A model generated the notes under the pieces. That model ran no database searches, was not told where the DNA came from, and worked only from the letters and a program-made list of their open reading frames with translations. Both the position numbers and the translations under genes were made by a program. Of a DNA stretch of 64,000 bases, positions 62,728 through 64,000 are shown in pieces. Origin of the DNA: Schmidtea nova (lineage: Eukaryota); the NCBI GenBank assembly GCA_044892505.1, contig CM097883.1, positions 147,994,001 to 148,058,000 on the forward strand, in the 5' to 3' direction. The first letter of the stretch is position 1, and each line of letters opens with the position of its first letter.

Positions 62728-64000
62728 GTAAGTGGGATTGTTAAGTGCATTTTAATGATATTTATGTTAAAACATTAATTTAATTATTTTCAAATAATAT
62801 AAATGGATATAAATAATATGATAAGCATTTTATAGCAATTATTTATATAATATTATCAAGTATAGTATTTTCCTTGAGGATTTTTAAAAAATTTTTATGA
62901 TTTAAGGAAAGATAATTATTTGGTTATTTTAGTAAATAAACTTTATTCATAAATTGGCCTATAGGTAAGGAGTAAACTGTATTTTTAACAATATAAAGCT
63001 CCATATCATTACACTGCTTTCAAAATTTAAAGTTCATTATCAAAATGCGCATATTATAAATAAAGTTATCAATTGAGACATAGCAGACAAGGGAATGTGC
63101 GACGATTTTATCATTCAACGATTCAATAATTGAATGAACCTATATATGAAATACTATTCTACTAATTACTAACACTTCTATTATTTTATTATAGAAGTTA
63201 CTTTATTTACTAAATTTTTTTTTCTGAGCAAAATATGTCACCAAAGTAACAATTGTTTAAGAAATTTCTCCATTATAAGCACACATTTTTAGGCACATTG
63301 AAATGCAAACCCTTAAAGGTTTCAAAATAACAGAAGTGACTTATACCACTTTCAAAATTAACGAATCACACATAGAAATAGATGGATACATTAGTTAGAT
63401 AGATAGATTTACATAGATATAGAAAGTTGGAGCATTGTATTGTTGAAAAGTATATATTTTATCAGCATGACTAAAAATAATGTTCAAAATAGCGCTTCAA
63501 TAGCATTTATTCAAGTTGTGATTAATCAACATATAGAAATAGTTAAGGTTATGCTAAGTCCGATAGGCATTTATAAAAACGAAAAAACATCCTGAAAAAG
63601 AAGAATAGGAACAATTTTCGCAAAGTTTAAAGAAATTGGCAAGTCTGGAAGACCATCGATTAGTGATATAACTACCTTTCCTATAATAATTTAAGATAAA
63701 ATCTTTCGATTTCAGATATCCAAATCTTATTACTATCAGTGTTTACTATCCAATTATATCCAATTTTTTAAATGTCAGCTTTCCTACTTTAGTATCAGTA
63801 TATATCATTTGAACATTCATTTTTGTACAGGATCGGCATTTATACAAATTTTTTCTTTCCTTAACCTTATATCAATATCTCAACTGCTTAAATTATTTAT
63901 TTATGTTAAGAATTGTGGTGTCAATGGCTTCTTGATTTTCACCATAAATGTACCGTATAAACATGGATATAAGTCGCAGTGTACTTTTTTGGAAAAAATA

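Overview
This is AT-rich eukaryotic DNA, probably from an invertebrate animal, with 44-58 nt GT-AG introns and two scaffold gaps. The window is almost entirely mobile DNA; the only confidently recognised host gene is the 5' part of PRP38 near the end. The main result is a young, nearly intact Ty3/Gypsy LTR element (window start to 12741). It encodes one ~2,960-codon polyprotein, broken only by a single TAA inside RT, in the order Gag(CCHC), ubiquitin-like domain, Bcl-2-like domain, signal peptide, class III-type (chuvirus G / herpes gB-like) glycoprotein, TM, PR, RT, RNase H, IN, second signal peptide, FN3-like domain, TM. A separate downstream ORF carries a DEDDh-exonuclease-like domain with degenerate catalytic residues. 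A second, very divergent and decayed Gypsy element (~48.5-57.4 kb, different PBS) repeats the Gag-UBL-Bcl-2-like-Env-Pol order, which suggests a conserved lineage of env-bearing retroelements carrying captured host-modulation domains. The rest holds several hAT elements with 8-bp TSDs (one an intact transposase in a self-nested composite), a piggyBac-type MITE, Maverick/Polinton remnants, microsatellites and decayed ORFs. All domain calls are by-eye motif recognition; no database search was run.
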